From Gammaproteobacteria bacterium (GTDB taxonomy: Bacteria; Pseudomonadota; Gammaproteobacteria; QZLD01), in assembly GCA_004796365.1 (NCBI GenBank), contig QZLE01000074.1, positions 12,028 to 76,027 of the forward strand: a stretch of 64,000 bases of DNA. Direction: 5' to 3'. This document shows, piece by piece, positions 11,001 to 19,386 of the stretch (positions are counted from its first letter, which is position 1; each line of letters starts with the position of its first letter). Both the position numbers and the translations under genes were made by a program. The notes under the pieces were generated by a model that had not been told where the DNA came from, did no database searches, and worked only from the letters and a program-made list of their open reading frames with translations.

Positions 11001-12178
11001 CATTAAATGACTGCTCATTGATTGAGTTAATAGCTTCAACGATGAGCGGTAAAAACAACATCAGTGATAAAAACACCACCACTACAATTACTTCTATTGA
11101 AAGAAAGTACTATTCTAGGTTATGCAATAATAACGTACTGCTTATTGATGACAATGAAATTAATCTACAAATTGCTCAGGAACTGCTTGAGCTGGTAGGC
11201 ATTAACGTGACTCCCGTTAATAGCGGTCTAAAAGCTATAAATGCTATAAATAAACATGAATTTGATCTAGTTATCACCGACGTACAAATGCCTCACATGG
11301 ATGGTTACAAGCTCACTTCAATTATCAAAGAAACTTATAAAGACCTTCCTGTAATAGCTTTAACAGCTCATGCAATGCATGGATATAAGGAGCAATGTAT
11401 GGCAGCAGGTATGAGTGATTATATTACCAAGCCTATAAATCAAGCTTCTTTATATCAATGCTTAATTAAATGGTTAAAGCCAAAAACCTTGCACAATGAA
11501 TCTGCTAATTCAGATCATAAGATAAGCAATATTGCACCTATTACACTCACTGCAGAACAGTTTTCACATATTGATCTTGTGTCTGACATTGATATCTATT
11601 CTGCACTGGAAGCCATTGGTGGTAGCAAAAAACTATTTGTTAAGATTTTGCGCACAATCACTATGCAATACAAAAATGCGCCAGCAATCGTAAGAAAAAG
11701 ACTTGCTGCAAATGATATTGATGGAGCTGTTAATTTAATTCACTCTCTTAAGGGGTTGGTAGGGTCAGTTGCTGCGCAAGAGCTTTATGATGCCTGTAAG
11801 CTTTTAGAGGCAGCTTTAGCAGACCATAAAACTCAATTCCGCCCTGACATATTTATTATAATTGATAAACTGGAAAGCGAATTTGAGCCTGTATTAAGCG
11901 ATATATCAGCAATTATCACTTATGCAATATTGTTAAGCAATTCTGATGTCGCTCCAAAAGAAAAAACACATGATTTTGACTTATTAAATAGTAAGAATCA
12001 CATTGAAACATTTAAAGATCTTTTGGATGAAAATAACTATAAATCATTGGAATATATCCCATTTATTAAGAAACACTTAACAAATGTTGGTGGTAAGGCA
12101 GCTATTACTGAGATTGAGTCCGCAATTGAAAACTTTGATTTCCCAAAAGCCCGCGATATTTTCTATAGTTATATATAA
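8006..12178 (+). CDS. Cytoplasmic multi-GAF hybrid sensor histidine kinase (coiled coil, GAF repeats, HisKA, HATPase, intervening receiver-like region, REC, Hpt, extra C-terminal tail)
   Basis: H-box [14 protein letters not shown]; G-boxes DTGIGIS and [13 protein letters not shown]; [18 protein letters not shown]...ITKP; Hpt [10 protein letters not shown]. No TM helices are seen. The true start is probably GTG 8168, which has GGAG 6 nt upstream. The paralog at 60591 aligns only from that point ([10 protein letters not shown] vs [10 protein letters not shown]). Confidence 0.9.
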   Translation: MLKMSFNYKRKFPINLTIYTLEFFLLPRQKKRDISISEVYHYFVVCLQLYTEILVQVKSNLDTVISIDATKLSRANSRISVLEAEIELLSQLAASDHIDHTITKLSEFINNRWGFNIFGLQICDNATQKLVFHKLIKADSIGSNYSSLDNFVLPLDSAKSISVDAAVDKRFQYHSLEDLSESEYDFDAKITAKLGLKSMLYIPVIAGENSIGVIRISSSNGRIRVVPETVDEIISLVSKVSAIVANKLQVSQIERQNQVQNRNLKLVHDLSAITDLSRISELLVQEILTIDSFDAIMVNTLDAEKRNFCCNCVYLPSHLSPMRTVLEGFKYKFDINSLDNSWNKTHKPVRIESSQFDFCSAFVTERCQKWDMQHLVVLPVLVSGFAIGAVYIFNQDKCIKDSKIQNISNILKLFSGAIYNAARIEIVNAKEDELLKIELGKKKFLKFVEKINHISEPRKIYQNIADEFIRWFPFNMASIHMVEGEQLLTKNITLDDSVEASVINALKKAHEDIKLQMVPGESVQVSTVFNDSVTHIHDVQQIKDLPMPEKDAYCIQFLTGLRTVVHVPIRIGTTPVGVLSLWSFVDTVDLTNDDINLIELITSFCGSTINNAFLFNTVEEQKDQIASQYDELSTTRDLLEIARDDAEMSAQAKSDFLANMSHEIRTPMNAILNFAELVMKTNLAPKQIDYISKIKKSSDSLLDIINDILDLSKIEANKFEINEYEFDIIDVLNDVSDIFVERFKTKGLGFYVNGAALLRNSFIGDALRIKQVLINIINNALKFTHDGYIELGVTAKNKSSCDELLLEFYVKDTGIGISSEKINRLFDSFTQADSSITREYGGTGLGLTISKQLCTMMGGDIAVESIVGKGSIFHFAFSLKSSPTPNLIDKQITADICHKRVLLVSNMPEMAGSFLGVLSRINAKADYIDSIDDLSVYVKKMQTDSRGVDLVIIDEDLYTHDSVDLLAKLITITGAKCIVLQSIENHETYLYCDAIGTKPLNDCSLIELIASTMSGKNNISDKNTTTTITSIERKYYSRLCNNNVLLIDDNEINLQIAQELLELVGINVTPVNSGLKAINAINKHEFDLVITDVQMPHMDGYKLTSIIKETYKDLPVIALTAHAMHGYKEQCMAAGMSDYITKPINQASLYQCLIKWLKPKTLHNESANSDHKISNIAPITLTAEQFSHIDLVSDIDIYSALEAIGGSKKLFVKILRTITMQYKNAPAIVRKRLAANDIDGAVNLIHSLKGLVGSVAAQELYDACKLLEAALADHKTQFRPDIFIIIDKLESEFEPVLSDISAIITYAILLSNSDVAPKEKTHDFDLLNSKNHIETFKDLLDENNYKSLEYIPFIKKHLTNVGGKAAITEIESAIENFDFPKARDIFYSYI

Positions 12179-12213
12179 TTTCCAATACTTTACCTTCAAA
12201 CTGCGCTAAGTTT

Positions 12214-12242
12214 TTGACAAACAGCTGTTTGCATCGTAAATT
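12214..12242 (+). promoter_or_regulatory. Sigma70-like promoter for the RDD-to-DUF58 operon
   Basis: TTGACA (12214..12219), a 17-nt spacer, then TAAATT (12237..12242). The spacer opens with the perfect 10-bp palindrome AACAGCTGTT (12220..12229). A GGGGG Shine-Dalgarno at 12251..12255 precedes GTG 12260. Confidence 0.45.
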
Positions 12243-12259
12243 GTCATCAAGGGGGAAAA

Positions 12260-12979
12260 GTGCTAGATACTCAAATAAAAATAGAGACGCCTGAAGGAAT
12301 TGAGCTTGGAGTAAGGATTGCGGGACCAGTGGTCAGAGGTTTTGCATATTTTATAGACTCTTTAATCAAGTTTGTTGTCTACTTTGCTTTATATTTTTTG
12401 GTTTTGTTTTCTTATGCTGGGCTAAGCGAATCTTCGTTTAATGTTCTCATAGGTATTCTTCTTATTTTGATGTTCTTTTTTGAGTGGTTTTATTCTGTTT
12501 TTTTTGAAATATTTAAAGATGGAGCTACTCCTGGGAAAAAAGTTATGGGGATTAAGGTTATTTGTGATAGCGGGGTTCCAATTACCTGGAGTTCATCACT
12601 AACCAGAAATATTGTTAGAGTGGTTGATATGCTCCCATTTTTTTATTTTTTCCCATCTTGCGGAGTGGGATTGCTCTTTATCTTATTTGGTAAAAATTTT
12701 AAACGCATTGGTGATATTGCTGCTGGGACTATTGTTGTCCATGCTAAAGAAAAGAACAATACCCATAGAATCGCTGAAGCTGAACCGTTGGTCCCAAGTC
12801 AACCCTTAAGCCTTGATGATAAAAAAGCCATAGTAATGTTTTCTGAGAGGTTGAATTCAATGTCTGAGCCAAGAGCTTACGAATTAGCTGATATATTAGA
12901 AATACTAACTGATGAACTCGGTCCTAAAGGTGTTGAGAAACTTAATCGTTATGCAAATTGGGTGGTAGGTGAAAAATGA
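12260..12979 (+). CDS. RDD-family integral membrane protein
   Basis: 239 aa. The N-terminus has AGPVVRGFAYFIDSLIK (the Arg..Asp of the RDD signature), followed by 3 to 4 hydrophobic helices and GDIAAGTIVV. Starts with GTG. Confidence 0.7.
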   Translation: MLDTQIKIETPEGIELGVRIAGPVVRGFAYFIDSLIKFVVYFALYFLVLFSYAGLSESSFNVLIGILLILMFFFEWFYSVFFEIFKDGATPGKKVMGIKVICDSGVPITWSSSLTRNIVRVVDMLPFFYFFPSCGVGLLFILFGKNFKRIGDIAAGTIVVHAKEKNNTHRIAEAEPLVPSQPLSLDDKKAIVMFSERLNSMSEPRAYELADILEILTDELGPKGVEKLNRYANWVVGEK

Positions 12980-13965
12980 AGCAGCAGACATTTGAACGCC
13001 TCCATGCCAAGTTTTGGGATGATTTTGAATCCATGCTTGAGGTATACAATAAAAAGGGAACCTCAAGCGGTTATTCTGCAAATTATTCGCATGAGCGCTT
13101 TATAAACGATTACCGGCTTATCTGCCAACACTATTCTTTATCTAAAAGCAGAGCGTATAGCAATAATTTAATTGGACGACTTCACTCTTTGGCTATGGGA
13201 GGACATCAAGTCCTATATAAACGAGATAATATACCACTTGGAAGGATTCTTCACTTTATTACTACTGAATTTCCTTGTGCTGTTAGACGTGAATATAAAC
13301 TTATGATCGTCTCGATTCTGCTGTTTTTTGGTGTTATGTTTGCTTCTGCAAGTTTGATAGTAGCAAAGCCCGATTTGGCATATTCAGTTGTCAGTGAATA
13401 CCAATTAAAAGGTATTGAAAATATGTATGACCCTGGGGAGAGGAAAAATATTGGCCGCAAAAGGGACTCAGATAGTGATATCCTGATGTTTGGTTTTTAT
13501 ATCAGAAACAACACAGGGATCGGCCTGGGAACATTCGCCAGCGGTATTATCTTTGGTGTAGGTACAATATTTATTCTGCTCTTCAATGCAATTTTTATCG
13601 GAGTAATCAGCGGACATATAATTAATGTTGGTTTCATTGATACGTTCTTTCCGTTTGTAGTTGGGCATGGTTCATTTGAACTTACTGCGATAGCGCTTGC
13701 CGGCTGCGCCGGCCTTAAGCTTGGAATGGCGTTACTTAATCCTGGAAGATACTCACGGTTTGATTCAGTCAAAAGATCTGCACTACACATTATGCCCATA
13801 GTAATAGGAATGATGGGAATGTTCATTATTGCTGCATTTATTGAGGCATTTTGGTCATCGTCTACATTTTTATCAAATGAAACTAAATATATTACCGGTG
13901 CAATACTTTGGACTTTTGTAATTATCTATTTTTTATTTTCAGGACGCGGGCGTGCACATAGATAA
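12976..13965 (+). CDS. SpoIIM-like (DUF95) polytopic membrane protein
   Basis: 329 aa. It has FYIRNNTGIGLGTFASGIIFGVGTIFILLFNAIFIGV and GHGSFELTAIALAGCAG, typical of the stage II sporulation M-like family. ATGA overlap with the upstream stop. Confidence 0.65.
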   Translation: MKQQTFERLHAKFWDDFESMLEVYNKKGTSSGYSANYSHERFINDYRLICQHYSLSKSRAYSNNLIGRLHSLAMGGHQVLYKRDNIPLGRILHFITTEFPCAVRREYKLMIVSILLFFGVMFASASLIVAKPDLAYSVVSEYQLKGIENMYDPGERKNIGRKRDSDSDILMFGFYIRNNTGIGLGTFASGIIFGVGTIFILLFNAIFIGVISGHIINVGFIDTFFPFVVGHGSFELTAIALAGCAGLKLGMALLNPGRYSRFDSVKRSALHIMPIVIGMMGMFIIAAFIEAFWSSSTFLSNETKYITGAILWTFVIIYFLFSGRGRAHR

Positions 13966-15712
13966 AATTCAGGCAAAAATAAGACCACGCTCTAACTGGG
14001 AGGCTGTTGACCTAGGTTTTTTAATGGCTAATAAGTGGAAGGCCAATATATATATGGTTTGGTTTCTCGTGACTATGCCTTTTTTTGTACTTTCTAATCT
14101 CTTGTTCCACGATGATATGACTTGGTTTATATTAGTTTTTTGGTTATTTATCCCAATATATGACCGGTTTGTACTGTTGGTGGTAAGTCGCAGACTATTT
14201 GATGAAAAGATTACTGTAGTAGAGGTGATACGCGTTGCCCCGCGCCTAATCTTTAAACACTTTTTCAAGCACTTGACCTATTATCGGTTTGATCCAGCAA
14301 GAAGCTTTAACCTACCGGTTTGGTTTTTAGAAAATCTTAGTGGTTCAAAAAGATCTGCTAGAGCAAGAATACTAAAAATTTCGGCCTCAGGAACTGCTTC
14401 AACATTAACTACAGCATGCTCAATGCTGGTGTTTTTTTTCTATCTTTCAATTCTGGCGTCACTTATATCGTTTATTCCCGGTTTAAATCTTTTTGGAGAT
14501 ATATTCCGCGATTCATTTGAAAATATAATCGCAATGTATCAGTCGCAGAACTGGTATGTTCAACTATTTGCAAATTCCTTATTCTATTTGGCCATATCAT
14601 TAGTAGAGCCATTTTATGTATGTGCCGGATTCGCACTTTATCTCAATAGAAGAACAGAACTAGAATCTTGGGACATTGAGCTATCCTTTAAAAATCTGCG
14701 CAACAAACTGGAAGAAAAGGATAGAAAATTTGAAATGGCAGGCGTTGCAACTAAGGCATCTAAACTAGCTGTTATTGCTGTAACTACCTGTATTCTGGCA
14801 CTCACTCCAGTAGTGTTTCCATCTGAATCATATGCTAATACTCAAGGTGTAGAAAACCCTACTAAAAGGGGAGGTACTTGTAAGGCTCCTAGAGAGCCGG
14901 TTTTTGAGAATGGTGTTAAACGGTCTTTTGAATGCATTGACTGGGAAGAAAAGCTTAATGAACCAGCAAATAATCGTGCAGAAAAGGAGTTACGAGCACT
15001 GCTTTCTGAAGAAAAATATAACAAGTGCTCCGTTGTCACCAAATTTGAACGTATACCTGAAAAAGTTGATACTCCTGATACCAAAAGCATATGGGAGAAG
15101 ATATGGGAATATTTCTTTGGAGATGATGACAAAGAGCGAGAAAAAGATGATGATTCCGATGAGATATCATTTGCAAATATATTCGAAATAATTATTTGGA
15201 CGCTAGTAGGAATCGGCATAGTTTATCTGCTGGTACAGCTCTATAAATACCGAGAAGGGCTTATTGAATTTTTCAGCCCCTCATCAGAAAGTAACGAAGA
15301 TATTCCTACCGAAATCTTTGGGCTGGATATTACTCCAGAATCCATACCAGACCAGCTTTCAGACGAAGTGCTCAAATTATGGGAGGAGGGTGAACACCTC
15401 AAAGCACTGGCATTGCTTTACAGGGGTTACCTTTCCAAAATGATACATACTTTTAATGCCGAGATAAGAGCAAGTTATACAGAAAATGATTGCTTGAACT
15501 CTGCACGAAAAGTCGTTACTAGAAATAGTCATTTGATAAGTTTATTTTCCCAGATAACAGACCTTTGGCTTAAGGCAGCTTATGCTCATAGGCTCCCTTC
15601 AGATGCATCTGTCATCGATTGCTGCCGCTCCTGGCGCTTGAGCTTTGAGGTCGGATCTGCCACTGAAGCTTCTTTTGCTGCTAGAAAAAGTAAGGAATCG
15701 ACAGATGCTTAA
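13952..15712 (+). CDS. Multi-pass membrane protein with a C-terminal DUF4129-like domain
   Basis: 586 aa. It has several N-terminal TM helices, then a Cys-containing acidic linker, then one more TM helper helix (IIIWTLVGIGIVYLLV). The C-terminal region ALALLYRGYLSKMIHTFNAEIRASYTENDC resembles DUF4129. The GTG start lies 14 nt inside the upstream ORF. Confidence 0.6.
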   Translation: MHIDKIQAKIRPRSNWEAVDLGFLMANKWKANIYMVWFLVTMPFFVLSNLLFHDDMTWFILVFWLFIPIYDRFVLLVVSRRLFDEKITVVEVIRVAPRLIFKHFFKHLTYYRFDPARSFNLPVWFLENLSGSKRSARARILKISASGTASTLTTACSMLVFFFYLSILASLISFIPGLNLFGDIFRDSFENIIAMYQSQNWYVQLFANSLFYLAISLVEPFYVCAGFALYLNRRTELESWDIELSFKNLRNKLEEKDRKFEMAGVATKASKLAVIAVTTCILALTPVVFPSESYANTQGVENPTKRGGTCKAPREPVFENGVKRSFECIDWEEKLNEPANNRAEKELRALLSEEKYNKCSVVTKFERIPEKVDTPDTKSIWEKIWEYFFGDDDKEREKDDDSDEISFANIFEIIIWTLVGIGIVYLLVQLYKYREGLIEFFSPSSESNEDIPTEIFGLDITPESIPDQLSDEVLKLWEEGEHLKALALLYRGYLSKMIHTFNAEIRASYTENDCLNSARKVVTRNSHLISLFSQITDLWLKAAYAHRLPSDASVIDCCRSWRLSFEVGSATEASFAARKSKESTDA

Positions 15713-16847
15713 ATTTTCAAGTGCGCGACTTATCGCTTTGGTGGTTATCCTTCTGGGAATTTTTCTGGTGTACTACAGTTTGAAAGATTATGAACTGATT
15801 GAGCGCGAGCGCTATAACGGATTCAGTTCTCAGGTAGTTCAGGGTAGATATTCAATTTTGCAGGAATTTTTAAAACGGATGGATATGGATGTTAAACGCC
15901 ATATCCGAGTGACATCAATTAAGGAATTAAGAAGCAATCAGGGAACGATGTTTCTTGGAATATTGCCAGACAGGTATAGTGAAGACGAAATTAAAGCCAT
16001 TCTTGGTTGGGTAGAGCAGGGTGGGCACCTTATTATTAATGCCGAAATTGCAAAATATTATTATGATGAAGTAGTTGAAAATTCGATACTGAATAATTTT
16101 AATATTTCGCGTGAGTATATTCCTTACGATGACAGAGTTGAGTCTGATGCTACAGCAATCAAACTTTCCGAAAAAACCTATGAGCTAGCATATGGTTATG
16201 AGCACACTGCTATCTCTATTTCGGAACCAGATCGTCTTATAAGTAGTGATGATAATTCTCAGAAGTTTATCCAGATTAAGTATAAAAAAGGACTGGTTTC
16301 AGTATTTAGCTCGACTGAGTTTTTAATGAATAATCAAATTATTGAAAATGATCATGCTCTTTTTTCCTACGATCTTTTTAGCCTAAATAATCCGGAAGGA
16401 AAAGTATGGTTAGTAGAACAACCCAGAATGCCCCATTTTACTGACCTTATTTGGGATTACTATCGAAACGTGGTTATTTCTTGCGGCGTATTGCTGTTGT
16501 TCTTTCTTATCTGGTTAGGGCGCCGTTTTGGGGCTATCATCACTGATGAGAATACCTACAGTCGCAGTTTAATTGAGCAAATTCATGCTGCAGGAATTTT
16601 TGCAGTTAAAACTAAAAGTCTTAATAGCCTTGTCGTTAGAGTAAGAAAAGACCTTAGAAGAAAAATTGAACGCAAGCATCCGTCAATCGCCTTTGACTCC
16701 GATTGTGACGTTATTGGAGAGATTGCGAAAATTACACATCTTGATAGAAAAGATGTTGAATTTGCATTTAATTATAAGATGGCCCATCAACAAATTGAAT
16801 TTTTAAATATTATCAAAGCATTACATAAAATAGGTAAATTAATATGA
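15705..16847 (+). CDS. DUF4350-like membrane-anchored protein
   Basis: The track ORF starts at 15645. ATG 15705 (MLKFSSARLIALVVILLGIFLVYY) overlaps the upstream stop as ATGCTTAA and begins directly with a TM anchor. It also has a GGHLIINAE segment and a second TM helix (VVISCGVLLLFFLIWLG). Confidence 0.55.
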   Translation: MLKFSSARLIALVVILLGIFLVYYSLKDYELIERERYNGFSSQVVQGRYSILQEFLKRMDMDVKRHIRVTSIKELRSNQGTMFLGILPDRYSEDEIKAILGWVEQGGHLIINAEIAKYYYDEVVENSILNNFNISREYIPYDDRVESDATAIKLSEKTYELAYGYEHTAISISEPDRLISSDDNSQKFIQIKYKKGLVSVFSSTEFLMNNQIIENDHALFSYDLFSLNNPEGKVWLVEQPRMPHFTDLIWDYYRNVVISCGVLLLFFLIWLGRRFGAIITDENTYSRSLIEQIHAAGIFAVKTKSLNSLVVRVRKDLRRKIERKHPSIAFDSDCDVIGEIAKITHLDRKDVEFAFNYKMAHQQIEFLNIIKALHKIGKLI

Positions 16848-17938
16848 ACCCTGAAGATAACGCTAGTCCTGAGAATATGAAAGTTGAAGCCCTGGATAAT
16901 GAAGCTGGAATAATTAATCCGGATACATGTCATAGTGCGACCACGGTAGATGAAGAGAATCCAAATGAGTCCTCGGTGATTGATATTTCTGCAATTACTC
17001 AAAAAGCTGTTGCGATAAAAAACGAGATTCATAAAGTACTGGTTGGACAGGATGACGTCGTAGAACAGGTTTTGATAGCACTATTTGCTGCTGGCCACGT
17101 CTTAGTTGAAGGTGTTCCAGGACTTGGTAAGACTTTGCTGGTAAGAGCTTTGGCACAAACCTTTGATGGTAAACACGGAAGGATACAGTTTACTCCAGAC
17201 CTAATGCCTGCAGATGTTACCGGGCATGCAATTTATGATATGAAATCAGAGCAGTTTAAGATTCGAAAAGGGCCTGTATTTACAAATATTTTATTAGCAG
17301 ATGAGATAAATAGGGCTCCAGCAAAGACGCAAGCTGCGTTGCTAGAAGTTATGCAGGAGTTCCAGGTTACGATCGAAGGGAATAGCTTTTCTATGTCACG
17401 TCCATTTGTTGTGCTCGCAACGCAAAACCCCGTTGAACAGGAGGGAACCTACCCATTGCCGGAGGCACAGGTTGATAGATTCCTATTAAAAGTTCATATG
17501 TCATACCCGACCGATGAAGAGGAGCGTCAATTAGTTGCGAATGTCACTTCAAACAGTTTGGCAAGTACACTTGATGTAGATACGATTGAAAGTATCGCCA
17601 ATAAAGATGATATTCTTGAAATTCAAAAAGCAGTTGCCCAGGTTCTAGTGGACCAGCGAGCTGTAGAATATGCAGTAAACATTGTTCGAGCCACTCGTGA
17701 CTGGGGAGGTATCTATTTGGGTGCAGGACCAAGGGGGAGTATATCACTAATCAGGGCTGCCAAGTCATATGCAATGCTTAACGAACGTGACTTCGTAACC
17801 CCAGATGATATCAAACATGTAGCTCTTCCTGTTCTGCGTCACAGAATCACCCTTACCGCAGACTTTGAGATTGAAGGCTACACTGTTGATAACGTTCTTT
17901 CTTCAATTATTCAAAAAACTCCGGCACCGAGAGATTAA
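16844..17938 (+). CDS. MoxR-family AAA+ ATPase
   Basis: 364 aa with Walker A GVPGLGKTLL, Walker B ILLADEINRAPAKTQAALLEVMQE and the sensor region LATQNPVEQEGTYPLPEAQVDRF. It carries a roughly 60-aa acidic N-terminal extension. ATGA overlap with the upstream stop. Confidence 0.9.
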   Translation: MNPEDNASPENMKVEALDNEAGIINPDTCHSATTVDEENPNESSVIDISAITQKAVAIKNEIHKVLVGQDDVVEQVLIALFAAGHVLVEGVPGLGKTLLVRALAQTFDGKHGRIQFTPDLMPADVTGHAIYDMKSEQFKIRKGPVFTNILLADEINRAPAKTQAALLEVMQEFQVTIEGNSFSMSRPFVVLATQNPVEQEGTYPLPEAQVDRFLLKVHMSYPTDEEERQLVANVTSNSLASTLDVDTIESIANKDDILEIQKAVAQVLVDQRAVEYAVNIVRATRDWGGIYLGAGPRGSISLIRAAKSYAMLNERDFVTPDDIKHVALPVLRHRITLTADFEIEGYTVDNVLSSIIQKTPAPRD

Positions 17939-19242
17939 TGCGACCGACTAACTTTCTATTATATATATTGCTTGTTTGGGTCGGAATTGCCTTTGCCTCA
18001 TCGCATGAGCTTGTATCTACTGATGTTTGGCAATTTTTTGGTATCTGTCTGATTTTTTTATCATCCTTAAATATTATTTTTCTTTACCTTATAAAAAAGC
18101 CACAAATTTCAAGAAAGGTCAACACCACATTGCCGGTAGGTGTTAAAAGCATGGTGTATATGACCGTTAGCAATATGTCTAAAAGAACAATTAAAGTTAA
18201 ATTAACCGATCACGTTTCACAACAGCTTAACCCCCAAAACGATGTCATAATTGAAACTATAAAAGGAATGCATGGGTGTACTGCAAATTATTCAATTGAG
18301 CCTATCTCGCGTGGGAATTTGCAGTTTTACCGAGTTGAGATTCTCTTATCTACGCCTTTTTCCCTATTTAGTATTAAACGCATGATTGATCTGCCCCTCG
18401 CTGTTCGGGTTTATCCAAATTTCTCTGAAATCACTAAATATACAATACTCGCGACAGATAATAATATTAGCCAGATGGGCATCAAAAAACGACAAAGACG
18501 TGGTGAGGGAATGGAATTTCACCAGCTACGTGAATATCGCCAGGGGGATTCATTACGCCAACTTGACTGGAAAGCAACGTCAAGGCACAAAAAACTAATC
18601 TCAAAAGAATACCAGGATGAAAGGGATCAGCAGGTTGTTTTTCTGATAGATTGCAGTCAACGCATGCGCTCTAAAGATGGTGAAATGAGTCACTTTGATC
18701 ACGCTTTGAATTCGATATTACTATTATCTTATGTAGCCCTAAAACAGGGAGATGCTGTTGGGTTTCACGCTATAAATGGTATTGATAGATCTTTGTCACC
18801 ACGAAAGAGTATAACTTCAGTCAAAAGCATTCTTAATTCTGTGTATGATCTTGAACCGACCCTATCCCCGCCGGATTTTATAACTGCAGCAACGAATTAT
18901 CTTAAAACTGCAGAAAAAAGATCGCTTATTGTTATTGTCACTAATGCGTGTAGTGAGGATACTCAGGAGCTAATTACAGCGATAAACATGCTGCGCAAAA
19001 ACAATCTTGTTTTAATTGCCAACCTTAAAGAAGAGTGTCTTGAAATTACTTTTGAAAGCGATATAAATAGCTTTGACCAGGCACTTATTTACGCTTCTGC
19101 TCATGAATATATGTATTACCGAAATAAGGAATTCTCATCTATTAGAGCCACAGGCATACAGTTTATTGATGTAATTCCTCAAAAAATGCCAGCGGCAATT
19201 GTTAACAGGTATCTTGATATCAAAGCATCATCCCAGCTTTAG
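17938..19242 (+). CDS. DUF58-family protein (vWA-like fold) with two N-terminal TM helices
   Basis: 434 aa. It has EFHQLREYRQGDSLRQLDWKATSR, the hallmark DUF58 segment, followed by QVVFLIDCSQRM (MIDAS-like position). TAATG overlap with the moxR stop. Confidence 0.8.
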   Translation: MRPTNFLLYILLVWVGIAFASSHELVSTDVWQFFGICLIFLSSLNIIFLYLIKKPQISRKVNTTLPVGVKSMVYMTVSNMSKRTIKVKLTDHVSQQLNPQNDVIIETIKGMHGCTANYSIEPISRGNLQFYRVEILLSTPFSLFSIKRMIDLPLAVRVYPNFSEITKYTILATDNNISQMGIKKRQRRGEGMEFHQLREYRQGDSLRQLDWKATSRHKKLISKEYQDERDQQVVFLIDCSQRMRSKDGEMSHFDHALNSILLLSYVALKQGDAVGFHAINGIDRSLSPRKSITSVKSILNSVYDLEPTLSPPDFITAATNYLKTAEKRSLIVIVTNACSEDTQELITAINMLRKNNLVLIANLKEECLEITFESDINSFDQALIYASAHEYMYYRNKEFSSIRATGIQFIDVIPQKMPAAIVNRYLDIKASSQL

Positions 19243-19386
19243 TTTATATATTCTATACACCCCAACTAACTTAGTTTTAACACAAGTGTTAAAGGGTACT
19301 CAATTCTATATTTATTATTGATTTTATCCTGATAACTCAAAAATTTACTCTAAAATTATTGTATCAATAGATACATATTTTAAAGA

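Noticed and set aside
13468-13826. Minus-strand ORFs of 66 and 109 aa inside the SpoIIM-like gene
   Set aside because: They are antisense to a membrane-protein gene whose sense frame carries family-typical motifs. The antisense frames are low-complexity.
16844-19242. Identifying the MoxR/DUF58 pair with a known MoxR system (RavA-ViaA, Bat aerotolerance operon, NorQD, CbbQO, gas-vesicle GvpN)
   Set aside because: None of the defining partners is present: no BatA-E vWA/TPR set, no nor or cbb genes, no gvp genes, no LdcI. The partners here are RDD, SpoIIM-like, DUF4129 and DUF4350 proteins.
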